A DNA stretch of 64,000 nt from an uncultured delta proteobacterium (lineage in GTDB: Bacteria; Desulfobacterota; Syntrophia; Syntrophales; UBA2192). The notes beneath the pieces are model-generated. The model searched no databases, was not told where the DNA came from, and worked only from the letters and a program-made list of their open reading frames with translations. Shown here one piece after another: positions 1-11,606 of this stretch (the stretch's first letter is position 1; each line of letters opens with the position of its first letter). The stretch covers positions 28,114-92,113 of the forward strand of contig CAVPJD010000033.1 in NCBI GenBank assembly GCA_963705165.1. Direction: 5' to 3'. Position numbers and translations under genes: made by a program.

Positions 1-270
1 GAAAACACCCTCGAAAAGATCGCCGAAAAGATACTGACCCTCGATGAGGCATCGCTTGCCTCCCTCTGGGAGCAGTACAAGCAGAAGATGGAAAAATTCC
101 AGCCCACAAGGGAGTGGGAACGCTCCGTCATCGTCTTCTTCATCATCAATTCCGTCCGCGTCAAGAACCATATCTTCAACGAGCGCATCCTTCAACATCA
201 GCAGCACGGCGAACCCAAGCCGGAAGAGCCAACGCCAAAGGGAAGACCGAACCTCAAGCTCGTCAAGTAG
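1..270 (+). CDS. Hypothetical protein, 5'-truncated by the window edge
   Basis: Frame open from base 1 (ENTLEKIAEKILTLDEASLASLWEQYKQKMEKF...PNLKLVK*); the stop directly abuts the ligA ATG. Confidence 0.75.
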   Translation, partial: ENTLEKIAEKILTLDEASLASLWEQYKQKMEKFQPTREWERSVIVFFIINSVRVKNHIFNERILQHQQHGEPKPEEPTPKGRPNLKLVK

Positions 271-2298
<2,028 letters not shown>

Positions 2299-2319
2299 CC
2301 GCTGCGTGTTGTGAGCTCC

Positions 2320-2371
2320 GAATCTTGGTTTTTCTTCAGCCCTTAGCCTTATGTCTTAAGCCTTAAGCCTT
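2320..2371. repeat. Heptamer tandem array (TTAAGCC family)
   Basis: ttcagcc cttagcc ttatgtc ttaagcc ttaagcc at 2335-2369, preceded by gaatcttggtttttcttc, which resembles the reverse complement of 40945-40963. Confidence 0.75.
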
Positions 2372-2377
2372 CTTCTT

Positions 2378-2656
2378 ATGAAACACGTCCACGTCTATAT
2401 TTCCGGCACGGTCCAGGGCGTCGCATTCCGGGCCAAGACCCGCAGCGAGGCCGTCCGGCACAACGTGTCGGGCTGGGTCAGAAACCTCCCTGACGGCCGC
2501 GTCGAGGCCGTCTTCGAGGGCAAGCCCGAAGACGTGGACCGTGTCGTCGCATGGTGCCGCATCGGTCCCAGCCTGGCAGCAGTTACGAATGTCGAAATGC
2601 GCGAGGAAGCATACACGGGAGCATTTACGGACTTCAGTATCCGATACGGGCACTGA
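2378..2656 (+). CDS. acyP: Acylphosphatase
   Basis: ISGTVQGVAFR and GWVRNLPDGRVE signature motifs; 92 aa. Confidence 0.95.
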   Translation: MKHVHVYISGTVQGVAFRAKTRSEAVRHNVSGWVRNLPDGRVEAVFEGKPEDVDRVVAWCRIGPSLAAVTNVEMREEAYTGAFTDFSIRYGH

Positions 2657-2724
2657 GGAACGGGACGGCTTCCGGGCAACGAATCAACGAAAACCGGCAA
2701 ACCAACCATCAGGAGGGGAATGAG

Positions 2725-3591
2725 ATGAAAAAGACCAGACTGTTTTTCGCGGTGCTGTTGAGTTTGTTCCTCATGAGCTCACTGTGCGACCAGGCTCTAG
2801 CGGCCGGTGAGGGATCGAGGCTTGCCGACTTCTATCTCACGAAACTGCCGGCACCGGCCCTGGACCCGTCCCCGACGCTGGATCAGGCCATGAAGATCCA
2901 GGCCGAATTCAACAAGGCCATCACGCCCGTATTCGGCAAGGTGGTGGGCTACAAGGCCGGCCTCACGAACCCCAGCGTCCAGAAGGTCTTCGGCGTCACG
3001 GCACCTGTCCGAGGGACCCTCATGGAAAAGATGATCCTCAAATCCGGCACGACCATCGAGGCTAATTTCGGGGCACAGCCGCTCTATGAGGGGGACCTGA
3101 TCCTCCGGGTCGGAAGCGATGCCATCAACGGGGCGACAACCCCGATGGAGGCCCTCCGGTACATCGACGCGGCCATCCCCTTCATCGAGCTTCCCGACCT
3201 CGTCTTTGCAAAAGGGGTAAAGATCAATGGCCTCATGCTGGCCGCCGTCAATGTGGCCGCCCGATACGGCATTGTGGGGGAGCCGATCCCCGTTCAGGCA
3301 AACGCCGAATGGATGGAGCGTTTGAAGATTTTCAAATGCCAGATTTATGACGAAAAGGGAACCATGCTGATCGAGGGCCCCGGAAGCAATCTAATGGAGC
3401 ATCCGATGAACGTCGTCCTGTGGATCCGGGATTCGCTCAAGGCGGAGGGCATCGCGCTGAAGAAGGGGGATCTCCTGTCTCTCGGCACGATCACGAAGCT
3501 CACCCCAACGGCGCCCAACACGACCGTCTTTGCACGGTACGTCGGCCTGGACCCGAAAGGCCACGTCGTCATTTCCGTGAACTTCAAATAG
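2725..3591 (+). CDS. 2-keto-4-pentenoate hydratase-like (FAH superfamily) protein with N-terminal signal peptide
   Basis: ATG after AGGAGG; MKKTRLFFAVLLSLFLMSSLCDQALAA signal peptide; GYKAGLT, EGDL, FIELPD, GDLLSLG motifs. Confidence 0.8.
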   Translation: MKKTRLFFAVLLSLFLMSSLCDQALAAGEGSRLADFYLTKLPAPALDPSPTLDQAMKIQAEFNKAITPVFGKVVGYKAGLTNPSVQKVFGVTAPVRGTLMEKMILKSGTTIEANFGAQPLYEGDLILRVGSDAINGATTPMEALRYIDAAIPFIELPDLVFAKGVKINGLMLAAVNVAARYGIVGEPIPVQANAEWMERLKIFKCQIYDEKGTMLIEGPGSNLMEHPMNVVLWIRDSLKAEGIALKKGDLLSLGTITKLTPTAPNTTVFARYVGLDPKGHVVISVNFK

Positions 3592-3634
3592 GCGGGGTGC
3601 AGGATCCGATCCCATAACGACTTCTAATCATGAC

Positions 3635-3672
3635 AAGGCCCGCCCTGAGTTAAAACAGGACGGGCCTTTTTC
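3635..3672 (+). terminator. Intrinsic terminator
   Basis: aaggcccgccctg...caggacgggcc stem followed by T6, between convergent genes. Confidence 0.8.
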
Positions 3673-3690
3673 ACATTTTCGAAATAGGGA

Positions 3691-4068
3691 TTACTTCCCG
3701 CAGATCACCGAGATCTCGATTGCGGCATCGCGGGGGAGCTTCGCCACCTGGACGGTTTCCCGGGCGGGGGGCGCCTGTGCGAAATACCGGCCGTAAATTT
3801 CGTTGAATTTCGCAAAATCGTTCATGTCTTTCAGGAAGACCGTTGACTTGAGGACGTTTGTCAGCCCCATCCCGGCCGCTTCGATGACGGCCTTGAGATT
3901 TTCCAAAATGCGAACGGCCTGCGTCTCGATATCGCCCCCGGCCATCTCGCCTGTCCCGGGGTCCAGGGCGATCATGCCCGAGACAAAGAGCAGATCGCCG
4001 TACCGCACGGCCTGCGAGTAGGGGCCGATTGCCTTGGGCGCATCCGGTGTGCTGATGATCGTCTTCAT
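3691..4068 (-). CDS. ridA: RidA family reactive intermediate/imine deaminase
   Basis: APKAIGPYSQA, FVSGMIALDP, PPARETVQVAKLP...IEI; ATG at 4068 after AAGGAGG. Confidence 0.93.
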   Translation of the reverse strand: MKTIISTPDAPKAIGPYSQAVRYGDLLFVSGMIALDPGTGEMAGGDIETQAVRILENLKAVIEAAGMGLTNVLKSTVFLKDMNDFAKFNEIYGRYFAQAPPARETVQVAKLPRDAAIEISVICGK

Positions 4069-4174
4069 GCCGACCCTCCTTTCATGCATCCGATCTATTG
4101 TGAAATGGATCATACCACGGAAGCCCAGGACGACAAACGAAATCTCGGCCCACAGGGGCATATTTACTTTTCAG

Positions 4175-4203
4175 TTGACACTATCCGCCTTTCCCTATAA
4201 AAA
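4175..4203 (+). promoter_or_regulatory. Candidate sigma-70 promoter of the liv operon
   Basis: TTGACA at 4175-4180 followed by TATAAAAA at 4196-4203. Confidence 0.45.
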
Positions 4204-4233
4204 AATGAAGCTTTAATAGCAGGAGGTCTAGGC

Positions 4234-5352
4234 ATGAAAAAGCTTGCCGTACTCGTCGCCGTCGTTGCGATTTTTGCATTCCTTGCAGTCCCAACCGCCA
4301 GGGCTGCCGAACCCATCAAGATCGGGGCCGCCTTCGCCCTGTCCGGAAGCATCGCCGTCTACGGCGAGGGTTTCAAAAAATGCATCGATCTCGCCGTCGA
4401 GGAGATCAATGCCAAGGGCGGCATCAAGGGAAGAAAGATCGAGATCGTCTATGAGGACAACAAGAGCAACCCCAAGGACTGCGTCACCGCCGTCCGCAAG
4501 CTCATCACCGTGGACAAAGTCCCCGTGATCTTCGGGCCCGCCGGAAGCTCCAACTTCATGGCCACGGCCCCCGTCGCCCAGGAAAACAAGGTGGTCCTGC
4601 TCTCGGCCCAGGGCGCAGCGGTCGGCCTGACCAAGGCCGGCGATTACATCTTCCGTGTGTTCCCCTCCGACACCCTCCAGGGCCCTCACCTGGCGAAACT
4701 TGCCATCGACATGGGCTACAAGAAAGTCCCCGTCATGTACGTCAACAACGACTGGGGCCTCGGTCTCAAGGATGCCTTCGTGGATGCCTACAAGAAGATG
4801 GGCGGCACGGTGACGGACATCATCGCCTATGATGAGAAGAAGACGGACTACCGAACCGAGCTTTTGCGGGCCAGCAAGGGAGCCCCCCCGGCCATTGTGA
4901 ACCTGACCTACATCAACGAGGGCGCCGTGCAGTTCAAGCAGGCCTACGAGATGGGCATCAAGACGCAGTGGCTCTGCGGATCGGCCGCCAGGGCCCCCAA
5001 GATGGTGGAGTTGGCCGGCAAGGCCGCCGAGGGGGTCATCGGCACGTATCCCTCCGTCCCCCAGAGCACGAAACAATACCAGGCCTTCAAGGAAGCGTAC
5101 AAAAAGAAGTACGGCGATGACAAGATCCCGATCTTCGGCGATTACAACTACGACATGGTCTACGTCACGGCCAAGGCCATCGAGAAAGGCGGCTACACGG
5201 CCGACGGCATTCGCAAGGCCCTGCCCGCCGCCGCGAAGGGTTATAAGGGCGTGACCGGAGACAAGACCTTCGACGCGGAGAGAAGCCCGAAATTCGCCGA
5301 ATACGGCATCTGGATCGTAAAGGACGGCAAGATCGAGGATTACAAGAAATAA
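4234..5352 (+). CDS. Branched-chain amino acid (HAAT family) ABC transporter substrate-binding protein
   Basis: Signal peptide, IKIGA...LSG, AVEEINAKGGIKGRKIE, YKGVTG; first gene of a liv-type operon. Confidence 0.92.
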   Translation: MKKLAVLVAVVAIFAFLAVPTARAAEPIKIGAAFALSGSIAVYGEGFKKCIDLAVEEINAKGGIKGRKIEIVYEDNKSNPKDCVTAVRKLITVDKVPVIFGPAGSSNFMATAPVAQENKVVLLSAQGAAVGLTKAGDYIFRVFPSDTLQGPHLAKLAIDMGYKKVPVMYVNNDWGLGLKDAFVDAYKKMGGTVTDIIAYDEKKTDYRTELLRASKGAPPAIVNLTYINEGAVQFKQAYEMGIKTQWLCGSAARAPKMVELAGKAAEGVIGTYPSVPQSTKQYQAFKEAYKKKYGDDKIPIFGDYNYDMVYVTAKAIEKGGYTADGIRKALPAAAKGYKGVTGDKTFDAERSPKFAEYGIWIVKDGKIEDYKK

Positions 5353-5380
5353 TCGAACATCGACTCGACTGGACTGACCG

Positions 5381-5422
5381 GGAGGGATCCGGCCGTCGTT
5401 TCGGCCGGATCCTCCTTTTTTT
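5381..5422 (+). terminator. Intra-operon stem-loop or attenuating terminator after the binding-protein gene
   Basis: ggagggatccggccg/cggccggatcctcc stem followed by T7. Confidence 0.7.
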
Positions 5423-5425
5423 CAT

Positions 5426-6301
5426 ATGGATTCTTTCAGCTATTACCTTCAGACCCTCCTGAACGGCATCCTCGCGGGCTGCATTTACGCCCTGTTTGCC
5501 ATGGGGCTGACTCTCATCTACGGCGTGCTCAACTTCGTGAACTTCGCCCATGGCGAACTGATCATGTGGGGGGCCTACTTCCTTTTCCTCTTCATGGCGG
5601 AACCTTTCGGACTGCCCCTCTATGTTGCGATCCTCCCGGCACTGGCACTGACGGGGTGCCTCGGGCTTGCCATGGACTACTCCGTCTTCCGCACCATCCG
5701 CAGGGCAAACCGCCTTACGCTCCTCATCGCCGCCATGGGTCTTTCCGTATTGCTTCGCAACGCGGCGCAGTTCTTCTGGGGCGCCGAGGTGCGGACCTAC
5801 GGCTTTGAAGTCATGCACGGGACGCAGTTTCTCGGCCTCTATCTCACGACGCCGCAGTTCGCCATCATCGGGGTAACGTTGCTCTGTGTCGTCGGTGTCT
5901 ACCTTCTTTTCTTCAAATCACGTCTCGGCAAATCGATGAGGGCCCTGTCGGACAACCTGGATCTTGCCCGGATATCGGGCATCGACACGAAACGCTCCAT
6001 TCTCGCCGCCTGGGTCATCTCGGCGGTCCTGGCCGGCATCGGCGGGATCCTGCTTGCCCTCGACACGAACCTCCACCCCGAGATGGGCATCGCCAACCTC
6101 ATCAAGGCCTTCGCCGCAACCCTCATCGGCGGTGTGGGGAACCTCTGGGGCGCGCTGCTGGGGGGGCTTCTCATCGGGCTTGCGGAAAACATCGGCGTGC
6201 TCTTCATCTCGCCGGGCTACAAGGACGGGATCGCCTTCGTCATCATGGTGCTGATCCTTCTGGCCCGCCCCTATGTCATCCTCGGCGACAGGAGCGACTG
6301 A
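5426..6301 (+). CDS. livH: HAAT ABC transporter permease (LivH-like)
   Basis: GLTLIYGVLNFVNFAHGE, SRLGKSMRA, hydrophobic. Confidence 0.92.
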   Translation: MDSFSYYLQTLLNGILAGCIYALFAMGLTLIYGVLNFVNFAHGELIMWGAYFLFLFMAEPFGLPLYVAILPALALTGCLGLAMDYSVFRTIRRANRLTLLIAAMGLSVLLRNAAQFFWGAEVRTYGFEVMHGTQFLGLYLTTPQFAIIGVTLLCVVGVYLLFFKSRLGKSMRALSDNLDLARISGIDTKRSILAAWVISAVLAGIGGILLALDTNLHPEMGIANLIKAFAATLIGGVGNLWGALLGGLLIGLAENIGVLFISPGYKDGIAFVIMVLILLARPYVILGDRSD

Positions 6302-7179
6302 TGGATCTGCTCCTTCACCTGAGCGTCGTCATCGCCATCTACGCCATCTTCGCGCTGAGCCTCAATGTCGAGGTGGGCTATACGGGGCTCTTCAACTTCG
6401 GGCACGTGGCCTTTTTCGCCATCGGCGCCTATACGTCGGCGCTGCTGACCCTCGCCGGTATCCCTTTTATCTGGAGCCTCCCCGCCGCCCTGGCAATGGC
6501 GGGTCTTTGCGGGTTTCTCCTGAGCATCCCCGCCCTCAAGCTCCAGGGGGATTACTTCGGGATCGCGACACTCGGCTTCGGCGAGATCCTCCGGATGATT
6601 TTCAACAACGAAGTCTGGCTCACCAAGGGACCCATGGGGCTTCCCGGGATCCCGAGGCCCGAGTTCTTCGGGTTCATCTTCGACACCCTCCCCCGTTACC
6701 TGGCCCTCTCGTCGGGCTTTGCCCTGCTCACCTTTGCCATCCTGGCCTTCGTCGTCCTGAGCCCCTTCGGCAGGGCCCTGAAGTCCGTGCGCGACGACGA
6801 GACGGCGGCGGAGATCCTCGGCAAAAACGCCTATCGCTTCAAGATCAAGTCCTTCGTCATCGGCTCCGTCTTTGCGGGTCTCGCAGGGGTGCTCTGGGCC
6901 CACTACGCAACGTTTATCAGCCCCGGAGATTTCACGCTGACCGAGACGATCCTCGTGCTGCTCATCGTCGTCATGGGCGGAAAGGGAACCTTCCTGGGAC
7001 CCGTTGTGGGGGCCGTCGTTCTCATTTTCTTCCAGGAGTCGGTCCGATTCCTGCGGCTCCCGCCCGAGTGGACCCGGCTGCTGGGTCCGCTGCAGCAGAT
7101 GATCTTCGGGCTGCTGCTCGTCGTCCTCATGGTCTTTCGCCCCGAGGGAATCATCCGCGAAAAAGGGGGGCAGCGGTGA
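6301..7179 (+). CDS. livM: HAAT ABC transporter permease (LivM-like)
   Basis: GYTGLFNFGHVAFFAIGAY, LQGDYFGIATLGFGE, SPFGRALKSVRDDE. Confidence 0.92.
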   Translation: MDLLLHLSVVIAIYAIFALSLNVEVGYTGLFNFGHVAFFAIGAYTSALLTLAGIPFIWSLPAALAMAGLCGFLLSIPALKLQGDYFGIATLGFGEILRMIFNNEVWLTKGPMGLPGIPRPEFFGFIFDTLPRYLALSSGFALLTFAILAFVVLSPFGRALKSVRDDETAAEILGKNAYRFKIKSFVIGSVFAGLAGVLWAHYATFISPGDFTLTETILVLLIVVMGGKGTFLGPVVGAVVLIFFQESVRFLRLPPEWTRLLGPLQQMIFGLLLVVLMVFRPEGIIREKGGQR

Positions 7180-7925
7180 TTGAGATCCGGAACGTGACGA
7201 AGGCCTTCGGCGGCACGCGCGCCGTTTCCGATTGCTCGATCAGCCTCGACGGCCTGAGCATCTCCGGGCTCATCGGACCCAACGGGAGCGGCAAGACGAC
7301 CCTCTTCAACCTCATCACGGGCCTTCTCAAACCCGACAGCGGGGAGATCCATTTCCTGGGAAACCGGATCGACGGCCGCCTGCCCCACGACATGGCGGCC
7401 CTGGGCCTCATCCGCACCTTTCAGCTCTCAAGAGTATTCCCCAGGATGACGGTGCTGGAGAACATGCTGCTTGCCCCCCAGGGCCAGACGGGGGAGCGTT
7501 TGCTCTCCCTGTGGTTGAGCCAGCCGAAAATCCGGAAGGAGGAATCGGAAAACCGGGAGCGGGCTCTGGAGCTTCTCGAGCTGTTGGGTCTCACACGGCT
7601 GCACGACCAGTTCGCCGAGAACCTCTCCTACGGGCAGCAGAAGCTCCTGGAGCTGGGCCGGGCCCTCATGGCGAAACCGAAGATGATTCTCCTGGACGAG
7701 CCCACGGCGGGGATCAACCCCACGCTGATCCGGACGATGATCGAGATGATCCTCAAGATGAGGGAGCGCGGCCAGACATTTTTCATCATCGAGCACAACA
7801 TGGACGTGGTCATCGAGGTTTGCGAGAAGGTCTTCGTTCTCGACCACGGTGAGAAGATCGCCGAGGGACGTCCGGAGGAAATCCAGAAAGACCCCCGCGT
7901 GATCGAGGCCTACCTGGGACTATGA
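7176..7925 (+). CDS. livG: HAAT ABC transporter ATP-binding protein (LivG-like)
   Basis: GTG start overlapping the livM stop (GTGA); GPNGSGKT, LSYGQQK, LLDEP, IEH, VIEAYLG. Confidence 0.93.
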   Translation: MIEIRNVTKAFGGTRAVSDCSISLDGLSISGLIGPNGSGKTTLFNLITGLLKPDSGEIHFLGNRIDGRLPHDMAALGLIRTFQLSRVFPRMTVLENMLLAPQGQTGERLLSLWLSQPKIRKEESENRERALELLELLGLTRLHDQFAENLSYGQQKLLELGRALMAKPKMILLDEPTAGINPTLIRTMIEMILKMRERGQTFFIIEHNMDVVIEVCEKVFVLDHGEKIAEGRPEEIQKDPRVIEAYLGL

Positions 7926-8629
7926 GACTGGAAGCGAAAGACATCTACGCCGGCTACGGCAAGATCGAGGTTCTTCACGGGGCAACCCTCCGTGCAGCCG
8001 AGGGGGAGATCATCTGCATCATCGGTCCCAACGGCTCGGGAAAATCGACCCTGCTGAAAACGGTCTTCGGCCTTCTGAAGCCGACGAAGGGCACGGTGAG
8101 CTTCGACGGGAAGGACATCACCCGGCTCGAGCCCGAGCAGAAGGTGCGTCTCGGAATCGCCTTCATCCCCCAGGGCCGGAACGTCTTTCCCTCGCTCACG
8201 GTCCGCGAGAACCTCGAGATGGGCGGCACGGTCCTCGACGATGAAAAGGCCGTCCAGCACGCGATCGAGGAGGCCCTCGAGTCGTACCCTCTTCTCAAGA
8301 GAAAAATCCGTGACAAGGCGGGAAACCTCTCGGGCGGCGAAAAGCAGATCCTCTCGCTTGCGCGGGCCGACATGGTCAAACCAGGCCTCATCCTGATGGA
8401 CGAGCCATCCATAGGCCTCTCCCCGAGAATGATCGACGAGGTCTATTTGAAGATCGCGGAGATCAACCGCCGGGGCACCACCTTCGCCATCGTCGAACAG
8501 AACGCCCGGAAGGCCCTCTCGATAGCCCACCGGGGCTATGTCCTGGATCTGGGCAGAACCCGCCTGGAGGATACGGGCGCGGGGCTTCTCGACAACGAAG
8601 AAGTAAAGAAGCTCTACCTCGGGGGATAG
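7922..8629 (+). CDS. livF: HAAT ABC transporter ATP-binding protein (LivF-like)
   Basis: GPNGSGKST, LSGGEKQ, MDEPSIGLSP, VEQN. Confidence 0.93.
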   Translation: MRLEAKDIYAGYGKIEVLHGATLRAAEGEIICIIGPNGSGKSTLLKTVFGLLKPTKGTVSFDGKDITRLEPEQKVRLGIAFIPQGRNVFPSLTVRENLEMGGTVLDDEKAVQHAIEEALESYPLLKRKIRDKAGNLSGGEKQILSLARADMVKPGLILMDEPSIGLSPRMIDEVYLKIAEINRRGTTFAIVEQNARKALSIAHRGYVLDLGRTRLEDTGAGLLDNEEVKKLYLGG

Positions 8630-8672
8630 GGGCAAGGGTCCAGGGTCGAGGGTTCAGGGTACAGACAAAGAC
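8628..8672. repeat. Heptamer tandem array (AGGGTYC family)
   Basis: aggggca agggtcc agggtcg agggttc agggtac, beginning inside the livF stop codon. Confidence 0.8.
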
Positions 8673-8695
8673 TTTGAAGCAAAACGGGTTGAGCG

Positions 8696-9475
8696 CTACC
8701 CCTGGTCTGACCTCCTGCGCTTGCCGACGGAGGCCAGGTAGATCGTGAATTCGTCCTTCCCGTCGACTTTCAAGAGATGATCCATTGCCTGCTGATCGTA
8801 GGCGGCAACAGCGCAGGTCCCTGCGCCTATGGCCTCGCAGGCCAGGTAGAGGTTCTGACAGACATGCCCGGCGTCAAGGGCGATCACCTTGGCCGCGGCC
8901 AGGCTGTAGCGCCACTCCATGCGGTAGGGTATGGCCGTCCAGACAAACGTCACCGCCGCTTCTCCCGGGTAGGGTTGGCCGAAGATGGCCCCGACCATTT
9001 TATCCGGCAGCTTCTCGTCGGCGCGCACGAGCAGAAGCTGGTGCTCGACGGGAAGATAACGGTAGAGCCCAGCCAAAAGCCCCTTCACGTGATTGACACA
9101 CAGATACGTTTCCAGGGCGTGACGGCACCCGGCCGACGGCACCGTCCGCAAGGCGTGAGCCTCGTCCATGCGTGTCCGGATCCCCTGGGTCGCCCAGAGA
9201 AGGAAGCTCAGCTCATCCAGGGTCATGGCTTCCCGGGTATAGACGCGCCGGCTTTTGCGGTTTCGGATGGCTTTCGTGAGATCGAATGCCGGGATGTCCT
9301 GCCACTTGCCGTATTTGGCCAGGTCGATGCGCACCGCGTCGGGCGGGAAAGGCTTTTCGATCGGCGGTGACTCAACGCCCCGATTCTGATCGGTTTCCGA
9401 GAAATCGATCTCCTTTCGGATGCTGTCCTTCAGAAAGTAGCGAAACTGCTCCAGGATCTTCTTATTGACTTCCAT
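8696..9475 (-). CDS. SagB/ThcOx-type nitroreductase family protein
   Basis: RKSRR, LSFLLWATQG, RTVPSAGCRH, LDAGHVCQNLYL. Confidence 0.9.
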   Translation of the reverse strand: MEVNKKILEQFRYFLKDSIRKEIDFSETDQNRGVESPPIEKPFPPDAVRIDLAKYGKWQDIPAFDLTKAIRNRKSRRVYTREAMTLDELSFLLWATQGIRTRMDEAHALRTVPSAGCRHALETYLCVNHVKGLLAGLYRYLPVEHQLLLVRADEKLPDKMVGAIFGQPYPGEAAVTFVWTAIPYRMEWRYSLAAAKVIALDAGHVCQNLYLACEAIGAGTCAVAAYDQQAMDHLLKVDGKDEFTIYLASVGKRRRSDQG

Positions 9476-9588
9476 GACTCCGAACTCCCTGCTGTGCCTT
9501 TCGATGAGTACGGCGCCGAGCGCCCGGTGTCATCTTTTCCCAGGACCGGCGGCACAGCGGTCAACCTGCCTGGGCGGGGAGATGCCTT

Positions 9589-11525
9589 TCAGCGTCTTCT
9601 CCCCTGTTGTTTCTGACTCTCGAGGACGATATCGAGATTTCGGCGGGCTTGCGTAAAGTTCGGCCTTATCCGCAGCGCTTCCCGGAAATGAGATGCCGCC
9701 TCCGCTGTTTTCCCTTCCATCATGAGCACTTTTCCAAGGTCGTTGTGAGCCTCCGCGTAGTTCGGCCTCAACGCAAGGGCATCCCTGAATTGCCCGGCAG
9801 CCTCCGGAAGACGGCCCTGGCTGGCCAGGGCCACGCCATAGTTGTAGTGAAAACCGGCGTTGGCCGGTTCGATCCGCAGGGCCTTCTCGTATTGGGCTGC
9901 CGCTTCCTCAAAACTTCCCTGCGAAGCGAGCAGCACACCGAGGTTGTTGTGGGCGTTTGCGTAATCCGGCCGGATCCGGACGGCTTCCCTGTAATGGAGC
10001 AGGGCTTCGTCCTTCCGGCCCGTTGAAACATAATAATTCGCCAGGTTGAAGTGGCCGCCCGACGAATTCGGGTTGATCCGGAGCGCCTCCCGGTAATGCT
10101 CCGCGGCTTCTCCGCCCTTCCCTGCGCGGTTCAAGGCAACACCGAGATTGAGATGGGCCAGGCTGTTTTGCTCCGTCACGCGCAGCGCATGCTCGAAGAG
10201 CGTGACGCTGCTTCGCCAGTGGGAGATCTGGTTCCACGTCACCACGGACAGGCCGGCAAAAACGACCCCCGTGAGGGCCGCAAGGATTTTTCTCCCCTGG
10301 GGTTGACGGCTCGCAAGATCGCCTGCCCCCCAGACAACGGCGATGAAAAGCCCGATGTGCGGCACATAGGTATACCGGTCGGCCATGGCCTGCATGCCCA
10401 CCTGGACGATCCCGATCACCGGAACGAGCGTCCCGAGATACCAGAACCACCCGACGAAAGCGTAGGGAACGCGCTTCCGGAAACGGATGGCAAGGAAGGT
10501 GACAGCGCCGATCAGGGCGGCCGAGACGAGCACCTGCCATGCGGCGATACCGTCCGTGTAGGGATAAAAGACGGCAAGACCCTGCGGAAAGACGGTCTTT
10601 ACGAGGTAGGAGGCATAGGAGACCAGGGCATTGCCCAGTCGCCTCAGCAGCGCGATGTCCTCGAGGGGGCTCATCGCACCGCCCTTCTGCTGGGCGAGGA
10701 AGGTTATGATCGAGGACAGGATCGTGAGCGCGAACAAGGGGATCTTTTCCGTCACAAGAGCCCAGGGTACGACCGCGGCAGCGGGGGGCTCCCTTCGCTC
10801 CGGAGGAGCCGGGGGGTGCTCCCCGGCCTCCTTTTTCTTTTGCTTCTTCCTTTTCCCCGGGGATTCGATGCCCGGCGTCGGCAGCGCTTTCGGAGCCGGC
10901 TTTTCCGGAGCATGAAGTATCGACCTAGGGGCCAGTAATCCAACAGCAGCAGGACAAAGGGCAACGTGACGAGCATGGGCTTGGAGAGCAGTCCGAGGGC
11001 AAAAAAGGCCACAACCGGGATCATTCGGACGATACCGGGGCTGCGCGTGTAAACAAAATAGGCCCAGAGGGTCAACAGCAGGAAGAAGGTGCTGAGGACA
11101 TCCTTGCGCTCGGCTACCCAGGCCACGGACTCCACGTGCAGGGGGTGAAGGGCGAACAGGAACGCCACGGCGGCGCTTTGCCAGAGGGTCTGCGTCATCC
11201 GGTTCAGGAGAAAGAAGAGCAGCAGCGTGTTTGCGACGTGAAAAACCAGGCTGACCAGATGATGACCTGCCGGGTCCATTCCGAAGAATTGGACATCCAG
11301 CTGATGGGAAAGCCATGTCAGCGGGTGCCAGTTGCTGGCATGGGTCGTGGTGAGAGCCCAGGTCAGATTGCCTGCCGTGAGGCCCCCTCTCACATGGGGA
11401 TTATGGGTGACGTATTGCTCATCGTCGAGGTTGATGAAATCGTGGCCACGGACTTGCCAGAAGACGGCAAGCGTCACCAGCGCGAGAACGAGCGGGATAG
11501 CGATTTTCCAATTCCGGGTGGTCAT
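9589..11525 (-). CDS. TMTC-like GT-C membrane glycosyltransferase with C-terminal TPR repeats (one frameshift near 10912-10920, probably an assembly error)
   Basis: ORFs 10752-11525 and 9589-11316 join into one protein: DFINLDDEQY, NWHPLTWLSH, HPLHVESVAWVAERKD, SKPMLVTLPF, EKIPLF, MADRYTY, then about 6 TPRs. Confidence 0.85.
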
Positions 11526-11606
11526 TCGCCCTGATCATATTATCTGGTTTTTGCTGCTTTCCGTTCCTCACCGCATCGGGCAGTCCGCGCCGCTTCCACG
11601 GGTTCG

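Noticed and set aside
8696..9475. SagB/ThcOx gene as part of a RiPP cluster
   Set aside because: No YcaO, precursor peptide or exporter nearby; stand-alone nitroreductase homologs are common in anaerobes.
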